From positions 1 through 58,510 of the forward strand of contig JAHDYR010000050.1 of the NCBI GenBank assembly GCA_019828565.1: a stretch of 58,510 bases of DNA, read 5' to 3'. The position numbers and the translations under genes were made by a program. The notes beneath the pieces are model-generated. The model was given only the letters and a program-made list of their open reading frames with translations, was not told the DNA's origin and did no database searches. The DNA is from Carpediemonas membranifera BICM (lineage: Eukaryota > Protista > Fornicata). Of this stretch, positions 56,398-58,510 are shown one piece after another; the first letter of the stretch is position 1; every line of letters begins with the position of its first letter.

Positions 56398-58013
56398 ATG
56401 CTAGATATCACTATTCTACGCAGCTGGATTCGTGAGCATCATGAGAAGACCGTTAGGATTGCTTCTGCTGCACCTGGTCAAGAGCGTAAGGCTATTCGAG
56501 CAGATAAGAGTATGTTCGAGAGATGGTTCGCACTCCGGACGAATAAGAGCCGCTTGGAGCACCTCAAGGAGCACAAAGTGATAACGAAGACAGCCCTGAG
56601 ATGCGCGCTGGTCGATAACATCGTCATTGACGAGATTCGTGATGTGTTTGGTCTCGCTGGCCGAGTTTCACTAATGGATCTCATCAACAAGGCTTCCCTT
56701 CCCGAGCTCATGGCCATTAGTGACGACCTTGCCCGGCCCGAGCTGTCTAAGGTTCCTGCAGGCTTGTTTATGGAGGATGATCAGGTTGAAATCGTGCGGA
56801 AGCAGTTTTTGACCACTACACCGGATCAGCGATCACCTTTGAGGATAACCGCGAGGCTGTCATGCCGTCACATCGTGGCTCTATTCATCTAGAAGGAACA
56901 GGCCGTCTCTTTCTTCCAGATCAAGTCAACCTGATCCTTCGCGCTCTCTTCGTCGCCCCTGAGGGCACTGTCGAGGCCCGCCGCGTGCATTCCCCTACGA
57001 GGACATTCTTTCTGGTTGCAAGAATGATCCGGGAAGCGATGTGACATCAGCCCAGCTTGAGCGGTTGCGTCGAGATGTTGCCAAGGCAGCCGCCGAAGCT
57101 ATTCAGGCAAGGAATGACCGCGAGGAAGCCATACACTCGCTTGAACTCGTTACTGCATCCTATGCGCAAGATACAGGGCATGCATATGTGACACCACCCG
57201 CCAGCGACGCCGTGGAATTTTCCGACACTGACGAGGACGAGTCCGATGGCCACGCTGAACCGGCCGCCATGCAGGGTGACGGCGTTCCTTTGCCCCAGAC
57301 TGATCAAGACGTCGAAGTAGAGTCCGATGTGGACGACACAGACACCGTTGGTCTCCAGACGGTTTACGATGTTGATGCAGAGGCCGATCATGACGTCCGC
57401 GAGCCAGTGTCCCTGCTTAATCACAGCTTAGCACAGCTAGACGACACCATTGCAGGCCTTGATGATGTACCCGAGTCTGTGCGCTTGTTGGAGCAGTACG
57501 AGCCCCTTGATGAAACGGCTTGCTGAGGAGAGGGAGGCGAGGGAGGCGCTTGAACAGGCTAACAGAGATTCTGAGGAGTCCCAGAAGAGACTAGAAGCTG
57601 AGTTAGGTCAGCAGAAGGGCGAGGATCAGGCGATCCATCAGTTTACTCAAGCAGAGTTGGCACGCGCGAGTGAGGCTGGGCTTGAAGCACTCGCCGATGA
57701 ACTCGAAGACAACTGGGCGGAGCTTATCAGGCGCGCCGAGGAGGCAACAATCGAGCTTGACCGCTACGTTGCTCTCGCTGCCTTGATGGAACTGTTCCAG
57801 AGGAACAATGTGGCTGGAGCTTTGTGGACTCGGATCAATAGCACCATGATGAGGTACGGGGGCCAGAAGTTCATAACGGTCCCACCCCTAGACCTCGGTC
57901 TTACGCCTGAGATGAAGGCTATCATCGCACAGCACTCTCGAGAGAAGAAGACAAAAGCTCGTGTAACACAGGGAGAGAAGCTGGAGTTTCCCCTGGAAGG
58001 GCGTTCATGCTAG
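56398..58013 (+). CDS. Run of overlapping unknown ORFs (56398..56892, 56862..57044, 57041..57526, 57450..58013), acidic and coiled-coil
   Basis: Contiguous same-strand ORFs; no domain recognised. Confidence 0.4.
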
Positions 58014-58082
58014 TGGAGCAGTTGAAGTAAATGGGCACGGCGACAGGGGCGGAACAAGCAACCGCGAAATAGAGATATCAGG

Positions 58083-58460
58083 TCATCCCTGACATTGTAT
58101 GGCGAGAACTGTTCTCAGTCTCCGCTTTGGGAGCTCTAAGATCAGTCTGAGATGAGTTACAGATGTCCACACGGTATTCGTCAAACTGAGCACTTCTCCA
58201 AATGAAATGTACTCGTGCTGCTTTAATGAGTCTTTGTTGTAGTCATAAACATAAGCAGCACCAATTGCCTTCATTTTGCCTGTTTCTGCCATTATTGATC
58301 TGCATATTGATTCCAAGCGACTATCTAAACAAAAGCGGCTTTGAATTTCTTCAACAATGCCAATTCCGCGCATAATGTCCGATGAAATGCTGACCACTTG
58401 TGATGCAGCTCCCTCAGGCGTTTCTAGATGTGGTTTCATTGGTTTCATTCTCAGTGACAC
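58083..58460 (-). CDS. Small unknown protein, paralog of 17142..17348
   Basis: Shared IQS..DSRL..I..SI..ET.K..AIG pattern. Confidence 0.55.
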   Translation of the reverse strand: MSLRMKPMKPHLETPEGAASQVVSISSDIMRGIGIVEEIQSRFCLDSRLESICRSIMAETGKMKAIGAAYVYDYNKDSLKQHEYISFGEVLSLTNTVWTSVTHLRLILELPKRRLRTVLAIQCQG

Positions 58461-58510
58461 CCTTTACATAATTCATTTTACGTTATAAACATATCGAACG
58501 AAATGAAGCA

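Larger units (their letters stand above)
48816..58510. mobile_element. Giant TIR transposon, element 3 (one end seen; the other probably beyond the window)
   Basis: CATACTG terminus, two direct and one inverted GGAATTTCC boxes, a subterminal block homologous to the element 2 right end, and paralogous cargo. Confidence 0.7.

Overview
This is eukaryotic DNA (short GT..AG introns, a chromovirus retrotransposon) made almost entirely of nested mobile elements. The main signal is a family of giant cargo-carrying DNA transposons whose ends start with CATRCTG followed by iterated direct and inverted binding boxes. Element 1 (about 4308-45662, 41.4 kb) sits in a 278-bp tandem array next to a Ty3/gypsy remnant and encodes an 854-aa RAG1/Transib/CMC-like DDE transposase near its right end. 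Element 2 (16398-34355, 18.0 kb, 75-bp TIRs, TT target duplication) is nested in element 1 and splits a gene whose frame is restored when the element is removed. Element 3 starts at 48816, truncates an endogenous CRESS-virus Rep gene and runs off the window. The three share a paralogous cargo repertoire biased to chromatin and ubiquitin functions: PHD-like fingers, SET-like domains, a chromodomain, Ser/Thr kinases, OTU-like proteases, a caspase-like/OTU fusion, HEPN-motif proteins, degenerate tyrosine-recombinase-like proteins and a histone H3 tail mimic (K9R, K27R) with no histone fold. Domain calls come from motif reading by eye, not database searches. Many frameshifts fall in homopolymers and may be assembly errors.
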